A stretch of 64,000 nt of DNA from Podarcis pityusensis. Its lineage: Eukaryota. The translations under genes and the position numbers were made by a program. Numbering within the stretch: position 1 is the first letter of the stretch; every line of letters begins with the position of its first letter. Below the pieces are notes generated by a model. That model saw nothing but the letters and a program-made list of their open reading frames with translations, did no database searches and was not told the origin of the DNA. Positions 26,574-37,854 of the stretch are shown here, in pieces. Location: the NCBI GenBank assembly GCA_964106645.2, contig OZ067039.1, one strand, 5' to 3'.

Positions 26574-27408
26574 TAATAATAATAATAATAAAATAAAATT
26601 TTACTGATATCCCGCCCTCCCCAGCCGAAGAAGGGCTCAGAGTGGCTAACAACAGTAAAAGTAAACACAGCATTCTAAAATCAATTCATTCTAAAATCAA
26701 TTCAGAATCAAATTACCGTAATGGCAACCATTGGGCTAGAGTTCTAAGAGGATTACTAAAGGAGGGGGTCAGGCTGTGCCTTGGTCAAAGGCCTGGTGGA
26801 ACAGTTTTGTCTTGCAGGCCCTGCGGAAAGATGTCAAGTCCCACAGGGCCCTAGTCTCTTGTGACAGAGTGTTCCACCAGATCGGGGCCACAGCCGAAAA
26901 AGCCCTGGCTCTGGTTGAGGCCAGCCTAACCTCCCTGTGGCCCTGGACCTCCAAGATGTTTTTGTCTGAAGACCATAAGGTCCTCCGTGGGACATACCAG
27001 GAGAGGCGGTCCCGTAGGTACGAGGGTCCTAGGCTGTATAGGGCTTTAAAGGTTAAAACCAGCACCTTAAACCTGATCCTGTACTCCACCGGGAGCCAGC
27101 TGGTATAGCACTGGGTGAATGTGATCCCGCAGCGAGGACCCGTAAGGAGTCTCGCCACGGCATTCTGCACCCGCTGGAGTTTCTGGGTCAGTCTCTAGGG
27201 CAGCCCCACGTAGAGTGAGTTACAATAATCCAGTCTGGAGGCGACCGTCGCGTGGATCACAGTGGCTAGGTCAGGGCGAGAGGGGTAAGGAGCCAACTGC
27301 TTAGCTTGGCGGAGATGAAAAAATGCCGCCTTTGTTATAGCTGCAATCTGCGCCTCCATGGAAAGGGAGGTGTCGAAGATTATATCCAAACTCTTAACAG
27401 ATGGCACT
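26574..27408 (-). mobile_element. L2-clade LINE, 5'-truncated 3' fragment (ORF2 C-terminus, frameshifted)
   Basis: Peptides SRLDYCNSLYVGLP and QNAVARLLTG...WLPVEYRIRFKVLVLTFKAL...GPSYLRDRL are typical of L2 ORF2. (ATT)n tail at 26574-26600. Confidence 0.9.
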
Positions 27409-28176
27409 AGACTCAGTATCTTTGGTATTGTATCCCATATTACCTTACTGTACATCACTTCAATAGCTTCTTACTGTTCATGAATTTATAAAAACAACAA
27501 CTGCAGCCACTGAATATTTCAAACCATCTTATTATTGAGAAAAACATACTAACTCACTTGACTTATTTTGAACCCCCTATGACAGATATAAGCATGAAGT
27601 GTTGTTGCTGCCACAGTGACACAAGCTTGTGGCCAAGTGTTGGGCAGAGGTGCATGTCGGAAAGCATGAGAAGGAGGGCAGGTAACTCTGCAGGCATACA
27701 GCATCTTTTCTGTGTGAACCACAACATCTAGGGCAGATATCATATACTATTTTACCACGAATTTCACCAAAAAATGTATGTATGTGTTTCTAAACCTGAG
27801 CATTTCTACGGTGCTAACATAGCCACAAATTGCTGAATTTGGCAATTTGAAAATGCCGACTGAAAAACTTTTTAGCTGTTGATCCTTTTGCTGAATATAA
27901 ATGCTGTGTGTTCATGTTTGGATAAACCATTTGCAAAGCTTTAGATAAATGAGCTTATGAAAGTGAGAATAAGACACTGCTGGTAGTCTGTAGGAATATA
28001 AAGTAGTCAAGACAGAACAGGCCAAGGAACCCATCCATGCTAGTATTCTCCTTCCAAATTGTCAAGATCGGGTGTGCTTAAGTAAAAGCAAGTTATTTAC
28101 TAAGGGACTAATGGAAGCAGGTGTCTCACTAACGGAGGCAGAAACCAATGAAAGAAGAAGTGAATTTCCAAGTTAC

Positions 28177-28292
28177 CTTTCTCGAATAAATTCTGCCATC
28201 TCTTTTTGCATTTGCTTTCCTTTCAGTTGTTTCTGAAGAAGAATTTCAAATCCCGAGACGGTGCTGTTTCCTTGAGGATCCTTCTTATCAGT
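28177..28292 (-). CDS. GAS7: GAS7 coding exon (exon 7 equivalent), F-BAR: TDKKDPQGNSTVSGFEILLQKQLKGKQMQKEMAEFIRE(R)
   Basis: FCH signature GF..L...LK.G.....E...F.RER. Acceptor cctttag, donor gtaact. 116 bp. Confidence 0.97.
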
Positions 28293-29578
28293 CTAAAGGA
28301 AACGTGCAGTTAGAATATATGCCACACTAGAGGCGTCAGAAGATGTGCCAAAGCACTTAGCAGCTCCGGCACGCAGCAGATATCGGAAAGTGGGCTAAGA
28401 ATTACCTCAAACGCCCCCAAGTCACAAGCTGGCAATTCTGTTCAGGATATTTTTGCCTAATGCAACAAATACAACAGCTGCTAGCGGATGTTCAAAGACG
28501 ACTTCAATAGAGCTAGCAGAATTTCCAGCAAATACCAGATCATTGCCACTAGGGGCTGCTCTGGCATATATGAAACAGGTAGTTAAACAGCAGCAGATTC
28601 TGTGTTAATAGGAATTGACAGTATTAATATAAGGGAGAAAACAACCCATGCTTGTGGCAGGGACAGATGACCAAGGTCAGAACTAGCCACATAATTTTTT
28701 TTACAAACTGGCATATAGGCTTCTCTTCCCCAGACTCTTACTCAGAATACCTCCTGGCACATCAGGGCCTACCACACAAGCCTTGCTCCCTGGACAGTTC
28801 CTACCTCTTTTCTATCCACTCTCCCCCTCCCCCGCTTATTTGTTGTTTTCCTACTGCTTCTTTATCCCTGCAGGGCAATATTGCACAGTGGGTGCTGCAA
28901 GATTTGCATTTCTGTCAACCTCTAGTTGTGCAAGAGAATTCTGACGCTGTACATCTAACATTTTGCATGCACTTGGAAATATCACATGAAATGTAAAAGA
29001 GAAAACAAAATGGTTCCTCGGATGCATGGAACTCAATTGAACTCCCCTCTGCCCTCATTCTTTGTGAAGACAACCACATTTTTTTTTATCAAGAAAGTCT
29101 AAATCATCTAATTTTATTGTTTACAAAAAAAACAACACACCTGCCGCTCAACCACAAATATTCTGGGTGTAGGAAAACTACATCCTACCCTTATATAATA
29201 TTTGTGTCTGAATGAAGCAAATCATGTTGAAGCCGAATTATGCTAAGCACTTATTACAGTACAGGGCTCCAGTCCAATTGGGTTGTGGGTTCTCGGGTGA
29301 TGATTACTCATGAGTTTTGTCCAGTGTAAATAGTTTGGCCATCTTGTTCCTTATACTATTCTCTTCTAAAGTTATTACATTTGAAGTCGCAGGGAATTCT
29401 CTTATTTCTCTAAAACAATTTTTTACAAAAGCTAAAGGATGTGTATACTGTAATCCAAAACTAAAGTCCATCAACAATCAGCTTATTAAGAGAGCTCATC
29501 CCAGCATCCTGGGGACCCCAGACCCCTTTCTGGAAAGGTCTTGCTACTTAAGATAAGAAAGGGAAATAATGGCTACAT

Positions 29579-29704
29579 CAGGCATTGGCCCTCCAGATGT
29601 TTTGAACTACAAATCCCATCATCCTTGACCACTGGTCCTGTTTGCTAGGGATGATGGGAGTTGTAGTCCCAAAACATCTGGAGGGCCGAGTTTGCCTATG
29701 CCTG
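29579..29704. mobile_element. hAT (Charlie-like) palindromic MITE
   Basis: CAGGCAT...ATGCCTG termini, internal actaca..tcccatcat / atgatgggagttgtagt palindrome. 8-bp TSD GGCTACAT/GGCTACAC. Confidence 0.8.
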
Positions 29705-30059
29705 GGCTACACTTTAACACGATGCATTTGTAGAGGACCAGATGGGATGGCAGCAAATCAGGAAGATGGTGCTTGAGCACATACATGCTGTCCAGATTTG
29801 TATGATGCTGGCTTCCGGGGTTACAAGCCCCAGAATATGACTCAACATAGGAGCCCATTGTAGTCACCCGGTCTTGTGTAATATGGCTGCAATGCAATTA
29901 GATTGTGGAGGTGGGGAAACAACTTCTCCAACATCTTATGCACCTCCTTCCAAGCTTGGATTTTAACCATGTTTGCTAACAGAGATTTTAGCAATATGCT
30001 ACGTACTGTATGAATCCCGGTTGCTGCAGTAAATAGCATATGGGTGGCTGCTCACTTAC

Positions 30060-30149
30060 CCAGAAATAATCGCAGTAGCTCCATTCAGAAGGTTTCAGCA
30101 ACTGCTGCTCTGGCATTGCGTCAGGGTGGGGGAACGTCACACAGTTTAT
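30060..30149 (-). CDS. GAS7: GAS7 coding exon (exon 6 equivalent): INCVTFPHPDAMPEQQLLKPSEWSYCDYFW
   Basis: Near-identical to the vertebrate GAS7 segment preceding the FCH/F-BAR domain. Acceptor tttgtcag, donor gtaagt. 90 bp. Confidence 0.97.
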
Positions 30150-31802
30150 CTGACAAAAAGGAAAGAGGAATACATTGGACGTGCAAAGCAGTTCAGGAAC
30201 ATGGATGCATGTAAACAAAAGCTGCATAAATGCAACACAGCTGGCTTAGGTTCTTGCTGAATGTAATGCTCGCTTTAACCAGGAGATGTCACAGAAGGCA
30301 GATGTAAGAGATTTTGTGTGGTTGAAAGTCGCTGCAATATCTAGGAAGCAGACTCTAAGCAAAACAGGGTCTCTGATCATCAAACCCTGCATGCCTGCTT
30401 CTTTTATTTAAAAAAAGAGGGAGGATAAAACTAAGAATGTGCAGTACTTATTGTAAGACTAAAAACGCAATCCTAGCTATGTCTACCTGGACTTACTTCT
30501 AAGCCCAAGTCCAAGCATGCATTGAATCCAATGGGGTTTATGGTCAGGGAAGTGGGGCTAGGATTGCGGTTTAAATCTTACTACCCTCAAAATTGTTTGG
30601 ATGTTCCTTCTTAAACAGGAACCTTCATGTTTGCCTTGCAATTTCACTTTAGTGATGAAATTCAAAAGACAACAACTTCACTAAAAATGTTTGGCTCTGT
30701 GGAAATTCCTCAAATGTTTCACCCAAACAGGAACCTCCATGTTTGCCTTATCATTTCACTTTTTGGTGAAATCTAGTAGCAGCTCTAGGTAAAACCATTT
30801 CTAACTTGGACCGGATGTCATTAAATGAGTTAAAGCTGCCTAAGGGATCTTACAAATGGAAAACCAAATTTAACACAACAGCCTATGCCAGAAGTACACA
30901 GAAGGTCCCAGTGAAGCTAATGGACACAATGGAGAGAAAACCAGATTAATAATAAAATCATTAGACTAATATTCAGATGTTGCACTTCAATGCATATTTT
31001 TTAAAAAGCGCAACTGAAAATTATTCCTCTCTGGATCCATAATTCACTAATTTAATTCATGAAGCCTGACAGAAAGCATTTATTTAAATTTATAATCCAC
31101 CCAACTGCTTCATCTTGGGACAAGAAACAGATACTATAGTGCATGCCAAAATGCAAAGTTCTCAACGGTTTAGAGAGATTAGTGGGCTTGAGCTTTGATG
31201 AAGCTTCCTAGTTAGAGAGCGACCAAAAAGACCTCCTTAAATGCCCTTACTGTGTTGTTGACAGTGTACTTGACAAACAGAAAGCACTATCAAGAAGCTA
31301 TAGGGGACATTTAAAATATAATCTGCAAGTGCTCACAAAAATTGGGAGGGAAAGGATGATCAAGTTATTGCATACAATTATTTTAAGCTATGAATCTCTT
31401 GGCCCTGTAAGGGGACTTGAGACATGTGTGTGTGATTCTCCTAATAACACCAGGACAAAATCAAGGATGTACAGGTGCCTATCTCCTTATTGCTATGGTG
31501 GCACTAAACCCAGTCCTGTTGTAGGGTACCTTGATAACCTCACTCACTGAAGAAGAAAAGGAGGGGAAGCCTTGTTCAAATGTCACCATTTTCCTGCCAG
31601 GGGAGAGGAAGAGCCTGCTTCTCTCTTTTTGAAACAAAGATGCTGGCTCTAGTGTTGGAGATGGATGGGGAAAGAACACACAGTTCAAAGAAAAATGTGT
31701 TTTTAACTAAATGTTCTCAGAAATGTGGAGGAGACGCTAGACTTGCCTCCTTTCTATAGAACCACACAACGGCTTGGATGGATGAGCAAACATACAGTAC
31801 TT

Positions 31803-31804
<2 letters not shown>

Positions 31805-31844
<40 letters not shown>
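31805..31844. repeat. (AT)n microsatellite
   Basis: Direct reading. Confidence 0.98.
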
Positions 31845-31848
<4 letters not shown>

Positions 31849-32262
31849 AACATTTTTTTAAAAAATAAACTTTTTAAATACACCCATGCAAGAAATATAA
31901 TACAAGCAGAAGACAGGGGGCTGCACATGCCATCCCGGTCCCAATAATCATCCCATGCACTTGCCACAATTGTCCAATGCAGAGTGAAGAAGGTATAAAG
32001 GCAGCTATTTGCATGCGTTCGCCTGAACTGTGCCACATGTTCAAGTGAACACAGATGGAAGCCTTATTCACACCATTCCCAACCAAAACAGTACGGCCAA
32101 GGACATGGGAAGGGGACGCTGTGAGTGGGGACGCTGTGCACAGCCCCATGTCACCTACTTGTGTTAATAGGCTCAATTGCCCAGACAAAGCTATCCAGAT
32201 TAGGGGCATGTGTGAACTTGCAATAGGCACTGCCCAACAGACAACTGGGACAGTGAAAGGTA

Positions 32263-32487
32263 CAGTGGTACCTCGGGTTACAAACACCTCGGGCTACAAA
32301 CACCTCAGGTTACAGACTCCGCTAACCCGGAAGTAGTACCTCAGGTTAAGAACTTTACCTCAGGATGAGAACAGAAATTGTGCGCTGGTGGTGCGGCAGC
32401 AGCGGGAGGCCCCATTAGCTAAAGTGGTATCTCAGGTTAAGAACGGACCTCCAGAACGAATTAAGTTAGTAACCAGAGGTACCACTG
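32263..32487. mobile_element. Tigger/pogo-like MITE
   Basis: TA|CAGTGGTACCTC ... GAGGTACCACTG|TA. Internal repeated tcaggttaagaac motifs. Confidence 0.85.
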
Positions 32488-33250
32488 TATATCTTTTCTG
32501 TTGTAGTTATGCTGACAATGCATTTGGATTTGTTTCACTTTTCCAGGGTATAGCTTGAAACACTACAAAATACCTATAAATTGGGTTGACCCGATAGCCA
32601 GATAGAACACATGCACAAAGAAGTCAAGGTGTCCAGCAGTCAAAGGTGATTCTGTAATATGAAGACTAAAAAACCATTGAGCTGGTTCAGACAATCATAT
32701 ATTGCTTTAATAAACCAAGATATGAATGAGCCTTTTCCTCTTTTCTTGCCCCTCCCTCTGGTACAAGCTATAATTAAATGAGGAAGCTTCTAACTAACTA
32801 CAGTTTCCTGTTAAGTCTGAACCAGGAAAACCTTGGAACAAGCCAGAATATTAAACAAACTTCAATTCATAGTTGAATACCCTGGCTTGTTCTAATGCTA
32901 GTAACCAGAGTTTCCCAGAATGAATAAAAACCAAAAACTAAGTTTAGAGACTTCCTGGTTTACATTGTGGCTCACTGAAAAGGAACAAAGGTGCTGGGTG
33001 TGTGGGCAAGAGGCTTGCTCATAACTTGGCTTCCTTAGGTAGAGATATGATCATCCAAATGTGGCCAGAAATTGGTCATAACCTGAATAGGAACACCACA
33101 GAAAAAGAAGTGTCCTTGCTGGTAATGCTAACAAGAGAGTGCACTGGAGTTGCTTTTATTAAATGGCAACAAGCAGAATTTTTATTTTATTTTTTGGCAG
33201 GGAGGAAAATGAACATCCATGAAAACTGGAAAGGTAACACAAAAGAAAGA

Positions 33251-33424
33251 TAAAAAAATCCTTCCAGTAGCACCTTTAAGACCAACTAAGTTAGTTCTTG
33301 GTATGAGCTTTCGTGTGCAAGCACACTTCTCATACCAAGAACTAACTTAGTTGGTCTTAAAGGTGCTACTGGAAGGATTTTTTTATTTTGACTATGGCAG
33401 ACCAACACGGCTACCTATCTGTAA
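33251..33424. mobile_element. Penelope-like retroelement insertion with inverted (head-to-head) pseudo-LTR fragments plus 3' tail
   Basis: Perfect 57-bp inverted repeat (33251-33307 / 33329-33385). 12-bp direct repeat ACAAAAGAAAGA at 33239-33250 and 33425-33436. Same family as 37855-38019. Confidence 0.8.
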
Positions 33425-33944
33425 ACAAAAGAAAGAGTGTTTCATTCAAGTCGTAGGATGGGATCACAGAAGTTATGAGACACTGGAATGCAAAGAACCA
33501 CAGCCAACATATGTAACTCTAAGCCTCTCATGAGGTTGTCAATTGCCAGAAAGGTCAACTTGCTTCATTTTCAGCAGAGAGGGTTTTAAAATATATATTT
33601 TAGCACTTGTTGGCACCTGAAGGGTGTCGCTGCATGGTGGATTATCACTTGCCTACAACATGGTTTGGAGACATTTCCAGATGTTTCAAATTTCTGATAA
33701 AACTTCTTAGCAGAGTATTTCCACTGGATGTGACCAAGTTTTAAGAGCACAATTTCTCATCCAAACTGCTGTAGGAGAAAATGCCACACTGGGAGTGTAT
33801 ATGCGAGACAGATCTTTAAGTCCTGTGTGCTGCAGCAGAGAAAACTGGAAGAGGAGCATATAAAGGAGCATTCGTGTCACAGGAAGACGCTAGGTAATTT
33901 TTAGACCTCGGACTTAATGGTCTTACATGCCTATCTTTTTAGAT

Positions 33945-34072
33945 CAGTGTCTCTCAAACTTGAGTCACCAGCTATTGTTGGACTACAGCTCCCATCATCC
34001 CACTAGCCCTGCTAGCTAGGGATGATGGGAGTTGTAGTCCAACAACAGCTGGGAACCCAATTTTGAGAAAAA
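33945..34072. mobile_element. hAT-like palindromic MITE
   Basis: gttggactacagctcccatcatccc...gggatgatgggagttgtagtccaac core palindrome. Confidence 0.7.
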
Positions 34073-34577
34073 TTACTTAGTTGTGAAACACAATCAACAT
34101 TTCTCCTCTCTCACCCACTATCCCCAGAAAGTTAGTAACTTCTGTATACTACCCATGAGAAAAATGGCTGTGTTCACACATACAGCTAAACCACAGTTTG
34201 GTGCAACAGGAATGGGCCCCTCAAGCTTATGACTACTCCTATGTGCTGTGAAGGACTTTTGACTGTGGTTTATTGACAAACAACAGTTTGCGTCGGTGTC
34301 AGAAAAGTCAAATGACTGAATGTGCTGTCCTGCAAATCTGGTAATCCCGCTTTACTGGAAGCACAAACCATAATTTGGCATTTCCAACAGTGAGACCAAC
34401 TTTGGTTGGCCTCTAAGCTACAGACAGAAGTCCTAGACTGTGATGCGCAGGGGGCAGACACAGGAGGAGGAGGCGAGAAGTGAACCAAGCAGTCCTTGAA
34501 GTTTGGCATTATGTGTGAATTCAGTCAGCTGAAAAGGGCACTTCATAACATATTTCTCAGAAGAAAGATGCAACTCC

Positions 34578-34710
34578 AGTTGACTCAGTTGGCTAGAGCA
34601 TGGTGATGGGTTCGATCCCCATATGGGCTGCCTGCATTTTCCTGCATTGCAGGGGTTTGGACCAGATGACCCCTGGGGTCCCTTTCCAACTCTACAATGC
34701 TATGATTCTA
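34578..34710 (+). mobile_element. tRNA-derived SINE with CR1-type 3' tail (POMSINE/Squam2-like)
   Basis: A box TGACTCAGTTGG (34581-34592), B box GGTTCGATCCC (34609-34619), CR1 tail ...ccaactctacaatgctatgattcta. Confidence 0.75.
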
Positions 34711-35124
34711 AGCGAACTCTTTGTGACATCCAATAGAAATCCCTTCTCAAAAAACAAGTGCTGGGATTGAGGAAAAGAGTGGGAGAGAACCTGTGGTGCG
34801 GTACGTGCATGTATGTGTTCTTTGCTGCCTCTCCAGGTCAAGCTCAGTGGTTCTGCCAAAAAATAATTTCACTGTGGTCAGGACACTGCATGGCAGATGC
34901 AACATTTGAATCCATTTGCCACTTGGATGAGATGGGCCATATAGAAAAACACCTGCACCACTGTTGCTGACCCCCCAGGAGGTGCAATATTAATGCAGAT
35001 ACTCAGAACCATGATACAGATGACCCACTTATGAGGCTGATTCCAAATATTACTGTAGCCTCAAAGAGCTTCAAAAAACGCAGTAATGATTCTTGACAAA
35101 GCCATTCACAAAGAGCAAGATTTT

Positions 35125-35281
35125 TTTATTTTATCCTGCCTTTCCTCCAAGGTGCTCAGAACAACCCCATGAATTCGGTCAGGCTGAGAGTTGGTGGGTG
35201 GCCCAGCACTGTCCAGTGAATTTCATGGCTTAGTGGGGATTTGAACCCTGGTCTCCCAAGTAACAGCACAACACTTTAACC
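35125..35281 (-). mobile_element. Older, degenerate Squam3/MIR-like SINE
   Basis: B box GGGTTCAAATCCC on the minus strand, CORE-like middle, A-rich 3' end. Confidence 0.55.
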
Positions 35282-36883
35282 CAGGGGTGCCTAACCGGGG
35301 CACCACAATGGATTGAATCATCCCTAACTCCAGCTGCAATGTAATTGTGCCTTAGGATTAAGGTAATCACCCCTTTCAGCCTTCAATTTTGTTACTACAT
35401 GTATGGCAGCTGAGCAGTAGTGATAAAACACACTGCTTCCGTTTCTTCAACTGCCTCTGACTGAATGGGGTTATCCCCACAGCTAGGTCTTCTTTACACA
35501 GCCAGTTGTTCTACAGTAACACCCCCTGGAGCCCCCTTAAGTTCTGGGTTTTGTTTTGTTTCATGTTGATGGGGTGAAGTATGGAGCGAAAAATGTCGAA
35601 ACAGCCCCAGACAGGATCTGAGGTTGCTGCTTTACATCCCTTTCAACTCAGAATAAGTGTAAGCCATTAAGAGAGTGCATTATTTCATGTGATCCACTCC
35701 ATAAAGTGCAAAATCCGGGGGGGGGGGGGGAACCTGCCTGAAGTCCAACACCCATACCAAATAAGCAGTTTTTGCTTGTGTTTTTTTCCTCTCTCTCGTT
35801 TTACAGAACCCAAACCGTGAAAGGGGGGTGAAAGAGGCAAAGGAAACACTGATGAAACATTCAAACTAAATTTCAAACCTGGGAAAACTGAGTGGCAGCA
35901 CCAAACATCAATCCTGTCACAAAGAAAACAGCACTGACACTAATCACCACCTCATATTCTAGTCCCCCCTAATGTTCTCTCCACCACCACTCCCGGTGCT
36001 CTAATTCACACTGAGATGTGTCATGTTGTTTCAACAAATTCCTTTCCACTGCTGTAGCTAGCAAAAGAGCGAACCTCACACTTCCACAGGGAAATGTCCC
36101 GTCCCCCCCGCTCTCTCGCTCTCTCTCTTAAATCATTGCAATCAAATCAAATATTTTGTTAACCATGGAGCCTGGATGGCTGGGCCAGGTTTCTGAGCAA
36201 TAATGGATAAGTTTTTGGACTTAAAGAGTCAAAAGAGGTTTGCCAGGATTCAAAGGCTTGCATCTCATCCTCTCCTACTGAGAAATATCTAGCATGTTCG
36301 CGACCTCAGCCAAAGTGCATACTACGACAACTTCACGGGGCATTTTTCAAAAAATATTCTTCATCTTTCTATGGATCTTTAGCCCCTTCAGTCATCCATC
36401 AAAGCTGCAAAGGAAGCCAGCCTTGGGGGAGAACCCTCACTGTCAACTTTTTATCATTGTGTGTGCTGCCCACAGGAACACTCCATTCTTAAGATGACTT
36501 CATTGGCTATTAATTGCTTGATCTACCCAGAAGCAACTTTGAACAAAAGGAAACACAGCTGCAACTATAATTTAAAAATCACAGCAGAAAGAAGTGCCCC
36601 CACCCTCTCCTTTTGCTTTCTGACATTTCTTTCCTGTCTCTCTTTAACAGGCTCTCTGCTAGCTTCAGCCTTTTAAAAATGGCTTCAATGCAGCTACTGC
36701 TGTGGAAAGCAGGCACCGTGTTTACATCTGGAAAACATGAGGCAGACCCTTTCACACGGATTCAACACACCAACACATACACAGACGGACTGACGGCTCT
36801 CCTGCCCTGCAATGCTACTTGCTCTGGTGACTAGATCACCATAGCAACTGGACTGGTGATCATCACGGTGGGATTCTACTTAC

Positions 36884-36937
36884 CGTGAACGTGGTCTCCT
36901 TGTTCTGCTTTCGAGTAGGTGAGGGGGACCCAGGACT
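36884..36937 (-). CDS. GAS7: GAS7 coding exon (exon 5 equivalent): SPGSPSPTRKQNKETTFT
   Basis: Resembles human NLGSSSPSKKQSKENTIT. Acceptor ctctctcctcag, donor gtaagt. 54 bp, phase 0 to phase 0. Confidence 0.93.
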
Positions 36938-36988
36938 CTGAGGAGAGAGGCAAGAGGCATCATCAAAACTGCACTCCACATCCGACAT
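36884..36988 (-). CDS. GAS7: Alternative first coding exon of short GAS7 isoform (isoform-a-like): MSDVECSFDDASCLSPQ+SPGSPSPTRKQNKETTFT
   Basis: ATG at 36988-36986 in accATG context, in frame and contiguous with exon 5. The peptide resembles the human GAS7 isoform a N-terminus MSNMENSFDDVSCLSPQ as I recall it. Summed exons give 1011 nt = 336 aa + stop. Confidence 0.85.
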
Positions 36989-37700
36989 GGTATGTATTCT
37001 GAGTTACTGGAAGGTGTATGTGTGTGCTTGTGTGTGCGTGTGTGGGAAGCAGGGGTGCTCAGTGCTTTGTGCAAGCCAAATTGGAGGAGATTCCCTTTCT
37101 GCCCTGCTTTCTGGCTTAGCCTCTTTCCATGCCCCAGAGGTGTCACAGTTCAACTCTTGCATGGGAGACTCCTGCACTGTGCTCACGAAGCAGCACACGA
37201 GCTCTGTACAGCCAGATAATTCATCCGAAACACGGCGACACCTCCCCTTCCAATCAGTGCCTAGCTTTGGAATTAACTCTTCCACTGCGTGCCAACTCTG
37301 AAGCAGGGCTCTTTAGCTACTGTGCCTAAAAGAGTTATTCGAAGCTCTGCTTTACGTTTCGCATGCAGTCCAGCTGCTGTACACAAAGGCTTCCTTTGCT
37401 GTTAGGTTCATATCGCAACTGCACACACATCTCATCCGCTCGCCCCACTGCCCCCCTCCCACTCCAGCTTTAAAAGCCGGGACTCCAGAAGCAAGGTGAG
37501 GAGGAAGTCTCTGCAGTGTTGTTGCTAACACACTGCAGGCATCCCCAAGGCTTCCTTCTGCATCCATCTGCAAATTAGCAAAAGCATCAAAACAACACAA
37601 CAAAAAAGCCACCTGCATCAGACTGACAGTGAATGGAATGACCCAAAACAGAAGTATAGTGCACATGGAGTCAGCAGCCACCTATTTTAAAGTGTTTGTT
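36989..37700 (-). promoter_or_regulatory. Putative internal promoter / 5' UTR of the short GAS7 isoform
   Basis: Lies directly upstream of the isoform-a-like ATG. No recognisable repeats, locally more CpG, GC-box-like tract cgccccactgccccctccc at about 37441-37460. The TSS cannot be placed from sequence alone. Confidence 0.5.
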
Positions 37701-37854
37701 TGGCATGCCATTCTGTCTGAGGCTACCGTGCAACAGTTAACAACATGATGGAACATGTCCTGCTTCACCATTCATTGTAACCTTATTGCTTTTATTTATG
37801 GGGGTTTTGTCCTTTGTAGTCCTTACCAGGGTTATCTCTCACAAAGAAATATTT

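Noticed and set aside
33301-33337. Second hammerhead ribozyme on the minus (GAS7-sense) strand
   Set aside because: Stem II, GAAA and the cleavage site are present, but the CUGA of the core is replaced by the inversion junction (reads ...GUAUGAGAAG...), so it should be inactive in cis.
34578-34625. tRNA gene (A and B boxes present)
   Set aside because: No cloverleaf, shortened A-B spacing and a CR1-type tail follows. It is a SINE head. The same applies to 40326-40390.
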